The notes under the pieces: generated by a model | The model's input: only the letters and a program-made list of their open reading frames with translations | Told to the model about the DNA's origin: nothing | Database searches by the model: none | In this document: positions 43,701-52,286 of the stretch, one piece after another | Numbering within the stretch: position 1 is the first letter of the stretch | How the letters are laid out: each line of letters begins with the position of its first letter | IMG/VR virus record: IMGVR_UViG_3300045988_133686 | Span: 1 to 64,000 of that record | Reading direction: 5' to 3' (one strand) | Source: a virus | Length of the DNA stretch: 64,000 nt | Position numbers and translations under genes: made by a program

Positions 43701-44638
43701 GCATCGCTCTGGAAAACGCCCAGCAGAACCGCAATATCGCCATGATCGTCAACGGCAAATGGACGTGGAGCGCTGATCCGCAAGCCATCCAGGACGCTGT
43801 TGAAAAGATATATGACGCCGAGCAGGAGCGTGCTGACGCGCAGAGCGACTATATCCAGCAGGAAAAGCTGAACGAAATGGAAGGCTTCAAGGCCAGTTTG
43901 GAACTGGAAAAAGAAGCCGCACAGAAGGCATACGAAGATTTTGTCGAGCATATCGACAAGCTCATAGAAGCGCTTGAAGAGATGGAGTTCGCGTTCGACG
44001 AAACCATTGAGAACCTGTATGACGTAGCTGGTAAGATCGAGAGCGCGGGCAGTGCCATCGCAAGTGCTGCGGCAAGTGCGGCGGCGGCTATCTCCTCTGC
44101 TGGTGGAGGCGGCGGAGGTGGCGGTGGCGGCGGTGGTGGAGGCGACAACGGATCACCGAAAACAAAGATTGTCAGCAAACCGCTGTCCAAGTACGAGAAG
44201 CCAGGAAGCAAATATGCCGAGATCAACATTATCATTGAAGAGGATAAGAACAGCGGTAAAAAGACCGGTAAGGTATATGGCGGTTCGGGCGGCGGTGGCA
44301 AGAACCTGAACATGTATTATGCCGATGGTGGCGTCAACACACAGACCGGCACCGCCATGATGCACGGCACCCCGCGTGCCCCGGAAGTCGTTTTTAACGC
44401 AGCCGACGCCGCGAAGCTCTATGACATCATCCACAACGGTAATCCCGTCGCCGCTATGGCGGATCAGATAAAGGCTCAGGTACATAACGCTGCTGCAAGC
44501 ATGGCAAACGCTGTGCCCGAAGCGCTCCAGCCTATCCAGTATATCATTAACGGCCTCAAGCTAGGCGACGAATCCGGCAACTTGACGCTGCGACAGTTCG
44601 CCACCCAGCTCTCCGCAGCCGCCCCGTTTTTGAAGTAA
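37757..44638 (+). CDS. tail tape measure protein (2293 aa)
   Basis: A single uninterrupted ORF, coiled-coil-rich. The TP901-type core is recognisable (ADMGRELGATAVDVATAADTFLRQG...LTSAMKGYKV...VDKLTAVDMEAAASAGGIAKAM). Poly-Gly tracts and a typical C-terminal end are present. Confidence 0.9.
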   Translation: MADNLEFGLKIVPDFTEFDSQIGKHKSKETIKVGIEPDTSSIDTGIRAYNKTSRNNASQLRVAISPVEPADGLQKAVDTFSGRVSLRLPIKPIVSTLRSDLNAAVAKLSSNGSSPIAIEASIKPIHINKTLQEAAKGQLFKLPVTLDINQSTLNSQIQSIQSKIVQALGTISVTPQINLNVKQSGGTSNSGGNNSGGLSYEQTLDQAKMLTQLEDFQRKYQSVLQSGGTNTVLGDELQSIIDKVNQINTGDGLTTAKREVAEIEARVKSLASAYRDASSAAQYMIKSSTTTTSDDWMSRWGEINRYIQGLDAQAQKLQSDFQTFSLPQKFVDDLKHLASAVSGRATAALGKADKNEIAGVNVDNVHRAYAQLQQVMQTPFEAQNQDYVKQYTAAIQELDSAVKILTGDLSTVKPTLASASDVSKAKADFESLGKTWSKLFSNSSLSARYTDILGKFDTEMTQAQFKALQADVAAFRSEVIAAGAATQSFGGKLKSALGQFGSFLSVASLVGYAVKGMKDMYQAAVELDTKVTDLQIASGNARSEVRAMVNEYADMGRELGATAVDVATAADTFLRQGENEANTAKLVKDALMLSKLGQIGTDESSTALTSAMKGYKVSADQAELIVDKLTAVDMEAAASAGGIAKAMAETATSADMAGISMDRLIGYLTTIKEITQSGDEETGNFFKSTLARMSNIKAGYLSDPETGEDLSNVEATLSGLGIKLRNSNAEFRNFGDVLDEVAGKWDTFSSVQQRAIATALGGTRGQEKLLVLIENYDSAMEYMDVAANSAGNAAEKYNAYLAGIEASSDSFKASFQKLSADVMNSEFVKGTYDVGTGILGFLDALVQKIGVFSTLGSGSGIASIIKNLTKKGDLLSVIGNSDLSGAISDVGQLSQAYMQLNGKQQRAYMLYNMMMKGTSGLTTAQRQNLAATVQLVRQGQTFNVTMAEAALKQEGLNEAQIQGLQLAMQNQGGLKSTTLAYRDQAMAVIEATLAGTNLDAQKKREIADLIMSKAAIDNETRSLRANATARIAMMAADPMSWLSLALMIIPQIVKGIQWLAGAQERQLETQKQNEQEMQSAFDTYDQSKDAAESYAEQIDELTQKIRELQALESSGRISLVQKDELTELRAENDELQRKLDLQQALANQDYKDAEKSFTDTLTAGHDAYIGESFGNMQAIDVVSSSVEDQIKQGVNYKSIFSGLRQAYDFFQDDLQRYNEMADDAMAAGNAKEAERLRQLAQYDEEYLKNIESKAASIVAQFDDQYWAIWDHYSGDLSKIGNTNLRDIMSWLGDAIDWVSKDATDRRVEGILNGDAYKDQVDKIKELAKSGKLTADELNNEDFDGFRKALSDVGVDIDWFIENYNRLLTLDSPDDNPSNIVNPVEAYVAKNKSDIGDALSSALSEYSNDGVVAKDTLMALDKAIPGVTNLLLDQNGEWTAAGQAILGYTDNVKGATAELYRLLIAQKQQELAQLNPRDEKYRYNEEQIKNEIDSYQAALDNLRANWRDEITTALSSINSDSDILAQAINDLNDGTFEEWDSEFVETLLDAFPDLADEIEAFADGTMDAKDLIEEMQDAADASAWDDFLEALDAVNSAVEEYGEDSYQVQEALENLESIVPGVSALFYTEDGALTDVGQAAILAADGHIDAAEAMLQSALVAAQLDLSNIVNEWNAVTQAANQAAIAGINASYSQQYNNASKKVADIKKLLDNLGKKGLGGGGGSRRGGGGGGSSKKDVLEDYKNQKKILEHRADMSKSAQDLMREDTDEWRVEQQKQYDIYREYAAMIQAEMERLRKLGYDSESEELMQLESDLAKVKKQMYSLQKEAWKSQQDAQIKALKKQKDAAKEAWEAEKERLEGEIDRQEALIGLLEKQYDLTNNLRDQRTDLAKQLASSKSYIGLSEEERKSLFSDEDYAQLMGVLDDIQREAIIAYNEYTEQIKSVNTDEAYKLDYITQQYEAQYELMNKKYAIAVQDLAVARARIALENAQQNRNIAMIVNGKWTWSADPQAIQDAVEKIYDAEQERADAQSDYIQQEKLNEMEGFKASLELEKEAAQKAYEDFVEHIDKLIEALEEMEFAFDETIENLYDVAGKIESAGSAIASAAASAAAAISSAGGGGGGGGGGGGGGDNGSPKTKIVSKPLSKYEKPGSKYAEINIIIEEDKNSGKKTGKVYGGSGGGGKNLNMYYADGGVNTQTGTAMMHGTPRAPEVVFNAADAAKLYDIIHNGNPVAAMADQIKAQVHNAAASMANAVPEALQPIQYIINGLKLGDESGNLTLRQFATQLSAAAPFLK

Positions 44639-44647
44639 AGGAGTTTT

Positions 44648-44953
44648 ATGACAAACGATTTGCAGACCATCATCAACGCTCTGAAGAAGCCCATCTCAGA
44701 GCTAATAAAAGAGCGTACCAAGAACATGGTACGCCGCGAATCTGCCGTCGTCATTTCTGTGGACAATGCCCGCCGCACCGCAACAGTGCGGCTGGGCACA
44801 TCCCCTGAGCGTGATGACCAGAATATGCTGTTGCCAAATGCTACTGGTTCTGACCTGGAAGTTGGAGAAACCGTGTGGGTAGACATGTGGGGCAGCCCAT
44901 CTTTTAATGCTGTGATCTCTATGCGTAACGTATTTGACGAAACCATCAGGTGA
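44648..44953 (+). CDS. hypothetical tail protein
   Basis: 101 aa with SD AAAGGAG. Confidence 0.5.
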   Translation: MTNDLQTIINALKKPISELIKERTKNMVRRESAVVISVDNARRTATVRLGTSPERDDQNMLLPNATGSDLEVGETVWVDMWGSPSFNAVISMRNVFDETIR

Positions 44954-45941
44954 CTCTGTGCAATACAACGGGTGTGTCTCCTCCGGTAATACCAATAGGC
45001 ATAGGTGCAACCCAGCGCAATACGAGTTTACGCTCACTCGGCTCTGACTTTGAACCCGTCCAGAAATAATGCCAGTGCCCGCGCCGCATATGCGGGCGAG
45101 GCGAGGCGTGAGTGCCCGGCTTCTTCTCTTGATGATTTACGGGCTGAGTAGACGTCATAGCGCGGATGGCGTCGCCAATGCGTACCCCGACGTCCCACTT
45201 CCGTATCTCAACATACCTGTCTTTAATTACTCTACTGTTCGTAGTTGTTGACTGTTGCTCTGGGTTTGGTTGGACATCGGCGTTATTCGCGCACACATAC
45301 AACACAAGCTGTAAAACGTCTTGCAGTAATTGATACGTGATATTTACATATCCGTGCGAGTGCAATGCGTGTCGCAGTTCGACTTTACGAGCTTGCGCCT
45401 TAGTCATCTCAATGCTATGTGAAATGTTTTGTGCGTCGATATGCAACATATATGTGCCGACTTCTCCGTCATTTCTTACAAACACTAAGCGCAATTCCCT
45501 ATCACCATTTTTTACATCGTCTTCCAGGTGGACAAACACTCCATGTGCTTCAGTGATTGTGGCAAATTGAATATAGAAACACATATACGGCAGATGGAGT
45601 AGCACTTCGCTCGGTATCTCTGTATCGTCCTGTTCGAGAAGCAGATTCTCTGTGTCTTCGTCCATAACAAAAACTTCTTTGTCGTGACGCCACGGGGCTA
45701 GGGCGGCCATGGCACAGGCATCATCAACGGCTTGGCTTCTGTCACTAAAGTTGTACATTTGTGTGATTGCCAGTGTACCGCCTATCGGTATATAACACCA
45801 TGGTTCCCACACGGGATAACTACTACTCACATCGTCGTGTATTCTAAGCTTTTCAACCAATTCCCAACAATTGGGGTATCGAGCTGTTATCTTTTTCAAG
45901 AGTAACAACGGCGCATACATCTGATCTACATTATTTTTCAT
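44946..45941 (-). CDS. hypothetical protein (minus-strand moron inside the tail module)
   Basis: 331 aa with SD GGGAGGGGG and its own strong promoter. The C-terminus is SPRPHMRRGHWHYFWTGSKSEPSERKLVLRWVAPMPIG (basic, His/Trp-rich). Confidence 0.65.
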   Translation of the reverse strand: MKNNVDQMYAPLLLLKKITARYPNCWELVEKLRIHDDVSSSYPVWEPWCYIPIGGTLAITQMYNFSDRSQAVDDACAMAALAPWRHDKEVFVMDEDTENLLLEQDDTEIPSEVLLHLPYMCFYIQFATITEAHGVFVHLEDDVKNGDRELRLVFVRNDGEVGTYMLHIDAQNISHSIEMTKAQARKVELRHALHSHGYVNITYQLLQDVLQLVLYVCANNADVQPNPEQQSTTTNSRVIKDRYVEIRKWDVGVRIGDAIRAMTSTQPVNHQEKKPGTHASPRPHMRRGHWHYFWTGSKSEPSERKLVLRWVAPMPIGITGGDTPVVLHRVT

Positions 45942-45965
45942 TTAATACCCCCTCCCGCTGAGAAT

Positions 45966-45994
45966 ATTATACACGCTAACTGTTTTTATCGCAA
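45966..45994 (-). promoter_or_regulatory. near-consensus promoter for 44946..45941
   Basis: The minus strand reads TTGCGA-17 bp-TATAAT. Confidence 0.6.
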
Positions 45995-45998
45995 TACC

Positions 45999-48278
45999 TT
46001 GGAGGTGAGCATCATCCTATATCGTCCCTCATATATGCTTCCGTCCAGCGTGGCAGGCGGATCTGGCGGAATCATAGATGCTACGCAAGAATCCACGTTT
46101 GTGGCGCAACTCAATGCTTCTTCGTGGATCGACGCTTACCAAGTTATTATCCGCCGCAACACCGCGCTGAATGAAATAGTATACAACACCGGAGTTAAGT
46201 TGCTTGACGAACGTTTTTACCCAACTGATCCGGCGGGCAACTATGTGCCATTAACTATCCCTATTCCCTCCTCTGTCGCGCCCCTGCAATACGAGTCCGT
46301 CAACATCGGTGACGCGAACAAGACGGTGTGGGTGCGATTTAATATGCCCATAGCCAAACAAACAACCGGCGACATCAAAGCGGGCGTTAGCTTGTCTACT
46401 GATGGCGGCGCTACGTGGACTGGCACGGCAGGCAATCCTGTGACGGCAGCCGTCATCAAAGACGACGAACTCAAGATCACGTTCACCTCTGCGGTAGCTG
46501 GCAAGGAGAACGTCGTGAAGATTGCGGCGGGCACGATCAAACCGCTGAACGGGTACTTTCAATCGTCGAGCGAAGATATTGTTACCGGCAAATTTACTGG
46601 GTTTTTAGAAGAATCGCTCGTATCACTCAATCCGTCTACCGGCACCATCGCAGCCGGTAGCTCAATGACCGCAACTGTAACCGGCAATAAGCCGACCTAT
46701 GCAGTCAGCCGCAACGCTGCAATCTCTATCAAAAAAGCCGAATCAACGGACGAACTCGCGTCTCGTACACAGGCAGATAACCGCATCTCGTATACCATTT
46801 TAGACAAGTCGATTTATTTCTATGTCGGCGGGAGCATCACGGCTGGTCAGTATGTTTTTAGCTATACGGATAACGCGCTGACCGGAACGACGAAAACTGT
46901 CACCGCGACCGTGAATGTCATTGCCCGCAATGGCATTACCTGCACCGCATACGCATTGGATGATACGGCCAGCGTCGTGTCTTTAACTATGAATAAAGAG
47001 ACGCAGAACGCTAAGAGCACGCTTGCCGAGCTTGCGTCCGCCATCCAACTTTCAACGGACGGAGGCGTGACATGGACTGGTACGACCGCAAATCCTATTG
47101 TTGCGGTAGGTTTTACGAATGAGGCGCAGAAATACACCAAAGCCGCTGTCTACAACATGCGCATCGAGTTCACCTCTCCACTCACTGGTTCCAGCAATAT
47201 TATTAAGATCCCAGCCGACTCCATTAAGTCTGGCGATGTGAAAAATACGGAGATTTTATCCGCGACCCTCGTTGTGCCGGAAGCAACAGCCCCTGCGGCG
47301 TCTTCCAGTGATACGCAGGACACGTCCTCGCCTGTAACAAACCATATGGTGAACGGTTACGCAAACGGATATAAGTGGACGCTCAAGATTTGGAATGGAT
47401 ACGATGCTGGCGACCCGGATGCTCAGGCCATCGAGTCGTTTGAGTCGTGCTTCGATTGCAAGGACACCCCTACGGTTAGTATTACAGGGCCATCTGTTGT
47501 GGCGGCACGCTCCGCACAATGGACTGGGGTATACAGCCACGGCAAGGACATTCCATTAATGTGGAACCGATGGCAACTCCTCATCGCGGGAGATGTTGTG
47601 CGCGACACGGGTATGCAGTACGGCAATAGCGCGTTGGCATACTCTTATGACGGACTGATCGCGGGCACAAATTACGTGCTGAAGCTCACCTGCGCCACGC
47701 AGGACGGTGTTGAGGTCAGCACATCGTTGCCGTTCTCGGTGAACTACACAACGCTGGATTCGAACGGTATCGTCAAGGCGACACCGCAACGCGATGGTTC
47801 CGTTTACGTGCAGTGCCGCAACATGAAGTATATCACAGGCGTGCCCAGCAGCGACGGCTTCTCATATCTGGCGAACACCCCTGTTACCGATCACAATAGT
47901 GTGAGCACGGAGGGCGGGGCGAGCATTAGCTTTGTCAGCACAGAGGATGCCGACATGGATTTTGCGGACGGCGACACATTGATGGTGCGCTTGCATTCCA
48001 AGTACGATGGCACCCTATTGTCTTTCGAGGCGGATGACGGCTCCCTATCCTTTACTCTGACGCACCGAGGGCTGGTGGACGGCTTGCTGCCGAACACTGA
48101 CTTATATCCGGCGACCGACCTATACCCCGACCCGACAAAGTTTGGTGAATTCGTCTATACCGTAAACGGCAAAGAGATCGCCATCATTCCAACCCCGAAC
48201 TACGGTTATAACTGGTATACGCTTTATTTAACCACAACAAGCATAACCGCATATGCGCACACTGGAGGTGCGACCTAA
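45999..48278 (+). CDS. tail structural protein with two Asp-box (SxDxGxTW) repeat modules
   Basis: LSTDGGATWTGTAGNPVTA...KIAAGTIKP and LSTDGGVTWTGTTANPIVA...KIPADSIKS are internal repeats. The start is uncertain because an SD (GGAGGTGA, 46001-08) precedes in-frame ATC codons at 46011 and 46014. Confidence 0.6.
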   Translation: MEVSIILYRPSYMLPSSVAGGSGGIIDATQESTFVAQLNASSWIDAYQVIIRRNTALNEIVYNTGVKLLDERFYPTDPAGNYVPLTIPIPSSVAPLQYESVNIGDANKTVWVRFNMPIAKQTTGDIKAGVSLSTDGGATWTGTAGNPVTAAVIKDDELKITFTSAVAGKENVVKIAAGTIKPLNGYFQSSSEDIVTGKFTGFLEESLVSLNPSTGTIAAGSSMTATVTGNKPTYAVSRNAAISIKKAESTDELASRTQADNRISYTILDKSIYFYVGGSITAGQYVFSYTDNALTGTTKTVTATVNVIARNGITCTAYALDDTASVVSLTMNKETQNAKSTLAELASAIQLSTDGGVTWTGTTANPIVAVGFTNEAQKYTKAAVYNMRIEFTSPLTGSSNIIKIPADSIKSGDVKNTEILSATLVVPEATAPAASSSDTQDTSSPVTNHMVNGYANGYKWTLKIWNGYDAGDPDAQAIESFESCFDCKDTPTVSITGPSVVAARSAQWTGVYSHGKDIPLMWNRWQLLIAGDVVRDTGMQYGNSALAYSYDGLIAGTNYVLKLTCATQDGVEVSTSLPFSVNYTTLDSNGIVKATPQRDGSVYVQCRNMKYITGVPSSDGFSYLANTPVTDHNSVSTEGGASISFVSTEDADMDFADGDTLMVRLHSKYDGTLLSFEADDGSLSFTLTHRGLVDGLLPNTDLYPATDLYPDPTKFGEFVYTVNGKEIAIIPTPNYGYNWYTLYLTTTSITAYAHTGGAT

Positions 48279-49108
48279 TGGCAAAAGGAACATTGACTCT
48301 TGGGCCGCACGTCTGGTGCGACTGGATCACGATTACAACGGCGCAGCCTGGCGCGGAAACCGAGGACTTAAATTACGAGCCTGTGTGGAACAAGCAGAGT
48401 AAGTTCCTGGCGAAGTTCGACAACACGCTGCGCACCGGCAACCTAAAGGCTGATGGCACACCGCCGACGAGCTGGGCGATTTATCGTCAAGAGGTCGGCA
48501 AGGAAGCCATGCAGTATGTCATTACGGCGGAGGGCACGGAAGCCACCTGCTTCGACTATGCCGCCGCCAACAACACACAGTATATCTATCATTCATTTGC
48601 CCGCACCGAGAGCGACATGTCTGAGGACAAGCGGAGCAACACGCTCATGCCGAACTGGAACGGGTGGATTCTGACTACCCTCGACCCAACTGACGACCCT
48701 ACGTTGTTTGTGCCGCACGAGATCTTCTGTTTCGACTACAATCTTGAGTTGGGTGATATGACAAATAATACGGGCTTTAACCAGATGGAGACATTTGGAC
48801 GCTACCCAATCATTCAGCGTTCTGCCGCCAACCATATGAGCGGACAGCTCAAGGGACTGGTTGGCATCATGGACGACCGCTGCCGCTATATCGAAACTGT
48901 GGCTATGGCTGATGCGATACAGGCGTTGACGACAGACACTCGCCGCAAAATCCTCAAAGACCTCAAGGGTCATGTGTGGGAGGTCGAGCTGTCCGGCGGC
49001 ATTATCTTCTCGATCGAGCCTCGGCTTACCAAAGAGCCATACGCGGCTACACTGCAATGGGTTGAAGTCGGTGACGCAAGCGACATAAGGGTGGTGAAGA
49101 CGGTGTGA
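48278..49108 (+). CDS. distal tail protein (Dit)-like
   Basis: 276 aa, immediately upstream of the Tal-like gene. Called from order and size. Confidence 0.5.
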   Translation: MAKGTLTLGPHVWCDWITITTAQPGAETEDLNYEPVWNKQSKFLAKFDNTLRTGNLKADGTPPTSWAIYRQEVGKEAMQYVITAEGTEATCFDYAAANNTQYIYHSFARTESDMSEDKRSNTLMPNWNGWILTTLDPTDDPTLFVPHEIFCFDYNLELGDMTNNTGFNQMETFGRYPIIQRSAANHMSGQLKGLVGIMDDRCRYIETVAMADAIQALTTDTRRKILKDLKGHVWEVELSGGIIFSIEPRLTKEPYAATLQWVEVGDASDIRVVKTV

Positions 49109-50358
49109 ATACATACTATGCGCGGTATGCAGAATACCTAGACAAGATCACACGCCCGCACATCGCGGCTACGAAAATTGAGTGGCTGAATCCTGATGGC
49201 TCGGTTGCCTTTGATATTACCGAGGATTCTATCCAATCCGGCACCATCAACGTGCAGTACCAAAACGGCATTCGCAGCACCGCCGACATCACCCTGGACA
49301 ATTGGGCGCAAACTTTCGACGTTAACGCTGACAAAATATGGTTCGGGCAGCAGATTAAGATCAGCAAAGGGCTGTACCTAGACGACGGAACGCCCTTCTA
49401 CGTGCCCAAAGGCGTGTATTATGTGAGCAATCCCGATCAGGTCTACTCCCCCACTCAGCGCACCACGCACCTATCCTTGGTGGATAAATGGGGCTATCTG
49501 GACGGCAGCTTGTTCGGCAATTTGGACGGCATTTATCAGCTCAATATAGGCGACGATTTATTTGTGGCGCTGCGGGAATTGCTCTTAAAGGATCGCGGCA
49601 ATGGAATCCCATATGACTCCATGCCTCCCATCCTCAGCAGTTACTACCAAGGACGCACAACGACCGCCGCGTACACCAAGCTCATCACGAGCTTTGATGC
49701 TACGGGCGCTGAATATACGACCACAGAACTTGAATACCGCGACATCCCCGTAACGGAATGCCCATATACCTCGCGCATCGAAGCCACAGGCACATTTGCT
49801 GACGTCGTGTTAGAAATCGCGAAGATGCTGGTCGCGAACGTTGGATATGACGCAGCGGGTCGGCTTTGCATTGAACCCAACAACACAGACATCCACAACT
49901 CAGACCGTCCAGTGCTTTGGCATTACCGAACGACCGAAAACTCATTGTTGAGTGTGTCGTACCAGTTCCCGCTTTCGGATGTATTCAACTCTGTCACCGT
50001 GACAGGAGCTACCCTCAATGGCTTGCAGGCCAAGGGATTTGCGCAGAACACAGACGCCCGCAGTGGCACCAGTGTCGCCCGTATCGGTGTCAAGAGTTAT
50101 TCCGAGGAGCAAAGCTCGTATTACACCAACTTGCAGTGTCAGGAGATGGCAGACTACCTGCTGCAACAAAAATCCTCACTGCTGACAACTACGACGATTG
50201 ATTCGGTGCCTATATATCACATGGATGTAAACTGCCTCGTAACGCTAGAGCGCCCGGAGATTTCCTCGGCGGTTGATACCTATCTTGTTACGGGCTACTC
50301 TATGCCGGTTGGTCAAACGGGTTCGATGAGCATCAACGCGGTGCGCGCCTATCGTTAA
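49105..50358 (+). CDS. tail-associated/baseplate hub protein (Tal N-terminal-like)
   Basis: GTG start, 417 aa. The N-terminus ...IEWLNPDGSVAFDITEDSIQSGTINVQYQNGIRSTADITL... resembles siphophage tail endopeptidase/Tal families. Confidence 0.5.
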   Translation: MNTYYARYAEYLDKITRPHIAATKIEWLNPDGSVAFDITEDSIQSGTINVQYQNGIRSTADITLDNWAQTFDVNADKIWFGQQIKISKGLYLDDGTPFYVPKGVYYVSNPDQVYSPTQRTTHLSLVDKWGYLDGSLFGNLDGIYQLNIGDDLFVALRELLLKDRGNGIPYDSMPPILSSYYQGRTTTAAYTKLITSFDATGAEYTTTELEYRDIPVTECPYTSRIEATGTFADVVLEIAKMLVANVGYDAAGRLCIEPNNTDIHNSDRPVLWHYRTTENSLLSVSYQFPLSDVFNSVTVTGATLNGLQAKGFAQNTDARSGTSVARIGVKSYSEEQSSYYTNLQCQEMADYLLQQKSSLLTTTTIDSVPIYHMDVNCLVTLERPEISSAVDTYLVTGYSMPVGQTGSMSINAVRAYR

Positions 50359-50363
50359 GGAGA

Positions 50364-52259
50364 ATGGACATGAGTATATATCTCGTAAATGAGCGAAAAC
50401 AACTGATTCGCACCCAGTCCTCCGTTATTTATGAGCGCGAGACTGGGGCGGGCACACTGCAATTCGTGATACCGACTGCCATTGACGGTATTGATTTAGC
50501 GGCTTGCGCCTGCACCTTGCACACGATCAACATGGACTGCGCGGGCAATGTTCACGCGCTGGACTACATTAATAATGAAGACTTCCCGGAGCATCTCTTC
50601 TGCTCGTACACGCTGCGCACTGAGGACACCTATAAAGACGGCGACGTAGATATTTGGCTGGAATTTGCGAACGCGGAGCAGGAGGTTATCCTCAAGACAG
50701 CAGAGACAAAGTACACCGTCGTGGATCACCAGATTGTGGCGGATTATCTGCCGGACGGGCAGCTTGACCTGCTGGAAGAATACCTGCTGAAGTTTAGCGG
50801 CATTAAGACCGATGTCGAAGGCTCTGCTGCACAGGCTAAAGCGGATGCGGAACGCACCACTCTGCTTGCCGCAAATGCCGCGGATTCCGAGGCTAACGCC
50901 GCAAAAAGTGCATCCGAAGCCAGTGATTCCGCCGTGCGGGCTGCAAGCTGCGTGGATCTTGCTGACGACGCAGCACGCGCAGCCAGTACCTCAGCTCAGA
51001 ACGCTGCGCAGTCCGCTGATGCCGCCGCACAATCTGCTGCAAAAATTGCCGAAGCAGAGAAATTTGCCGAACAGGCGGAGCAAAGTGCGTCGAAGGCAGG
51101 GCAATATGCTGCTGACGCTGCGGCTAGCATGATCGAAGCACAGAACGGGGCCAGTGTCGCTGAGCGGGAATCCGCTAACGCCGCGCAATCCGCCAAGGAT
51201 GCTGCGCAGTCTATGGCATCTGCCGAAACTTACGCCAAGGGTACGGCGTCGGATCGTTACACAACGGCGCGACTTGTGGACGCGGCGGCTGTCAGTGCTC
51301 GTGATGCGGCAGGGTATGCCGAGCAAAGTGCCGCCTCCGCACAGCAGGCAAGTAAGAGCGCGCAGGACGCAGCGAATGCCATCGGTAGACTAACAGTAGA
51401 TGTGAAGGACGGCAAAACTGCCAGCGCAGTCGTTTCTGATGTTGACGGGCATAAACACATTGATTTCATACTGCCAGGCGCAGGCGGGGCAAAAGTAGAG
51501 ATTGATAACAAGACGATCACGCGCGACGCAGACGGTAAGTTGCAAACTGCTGTGGGCGGATACATCAACGAAGACGCTCTGCATATTACGTGGGATGGTA
51601 ACACCGACGGATTGGTGTCTGTTGCTCTAGGTGAAAGCAATGTGTTCTACAAAGTTAGCGACCTAACACCAACCGTAAGCGAGCTGACCGGGGCAACGCT
51701 TGTGGATAGCGACGGTACCTCTATAACTATAAACAGTGACGATCTTGATGACACAAACCATGATTATGTTTTCTGTGGCAGTGAGCCTCCAATAATGGTA
51801 GTAGTAATCTACAAGGACGATGCTCTTATCCACGGAGTCACCTTTCCTAAAAAGGGGACATATTTCGGAATGGGAGACGATGAAGCCGGAACACTCTTTC
51901 TCTCTTCTCTAACCGCTGGCAACGCCGTGGTGCAAATTGACGAGAGGTTCATCCCAAAGACGTCGGTGGTGCAGGAATTAGAAAACCAGGTGCGGGATCT
52001 TGGCCTCAGCGTGAATCGTGCGAACGGCAATGCGGTAACTGCACTCAGCGGCGCAGATACAGCGCAGAAAATCGCGATCAACGCACGGAGTATCGCAAAC
52101 GCCGCGCAAAATGCGCAGCAAACCGCGAACACTGCACTAGCAAAGGCAACAGCGATTAATAAAGAAATCATCCTCGTCTCCTCTACCGCCAATTCCACAA
52201 AAAAGTTCAAGATTACGATAGACGATAACGGCCAACTATCCGCCACAGAAGTGGTGTAA
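50364..52259 (+). CDS. tail fibre protein with an Ala-rich coiled-coil repeat region
   Basis: 631 aa. The central ~200 aa are repeats of the AAQSA/AEQSA/ASxSA type. The start is at 50364 or 50370. Confidence 0.6.
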   Translation: MDMSIYLVNERKQLIRTQSSVIYERETGAGTLQFVIPTAIDGIDLAACACTLHTINMDCAGNVHALDYINNEDFPEHLFCSYTLRTEDTYKDGDVDIWLEFANAEQEVILKTAETKYTVVDHQIVADYLPDGQLDLLEEYLLKFSGIKTDVEGSAAQAKADAERTTLLAANAADSEANAAKSASEASDSAVRAASCVDLADDAARAASTSAQNAAQSADAAAQSAAKIAEAEKFAEQAEQSASKAGQYAADAAASMIEAQNGASVAERESANAAQSAKDAAQSMASAETYAKGTASDRYTTARLVDAAAVSARDAAGYAEQSAASAQQASKSAQDAANAIGRLTVDVKDGKTASAVVSDVDGHKHIDFILPGAGGAKVEIDNKTITRDADGKLQTAVGGYINEDALHITWDGNTDGLVSVALGESNVFYKVSDLTPTVSELTGATLVDSDGTSITINSDDLDDTNHDYVFCGSEPPIMVVVIYKDDALIHGVTFPKKGTYFGMGDDEAGTLFLSSLTAGNAVVQIDERFIPKTSVVQELENQVRDLGLSVNRANGNAVTALSGADTAQKIAINARSIANAAQNAQQTANTALAKATAINKEIILVSSTANSTKKFKITIDDNGQLSATEVV

Positions 52260-52286
52260 CGTGCCACGGCACAAAGGAGGTGAGTT

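Noticed and set aside
42900-44320. GGN-rich tandem tracts in the tape measure gene, considered as a CRISPR-like or simple tandem-repeat locus or as a frameshift site.
   Set aside because: They are in-frame poly-Gly linkers within one continuous ORF. There is no repeat-spacer periodicity and no alternative frame that continues.
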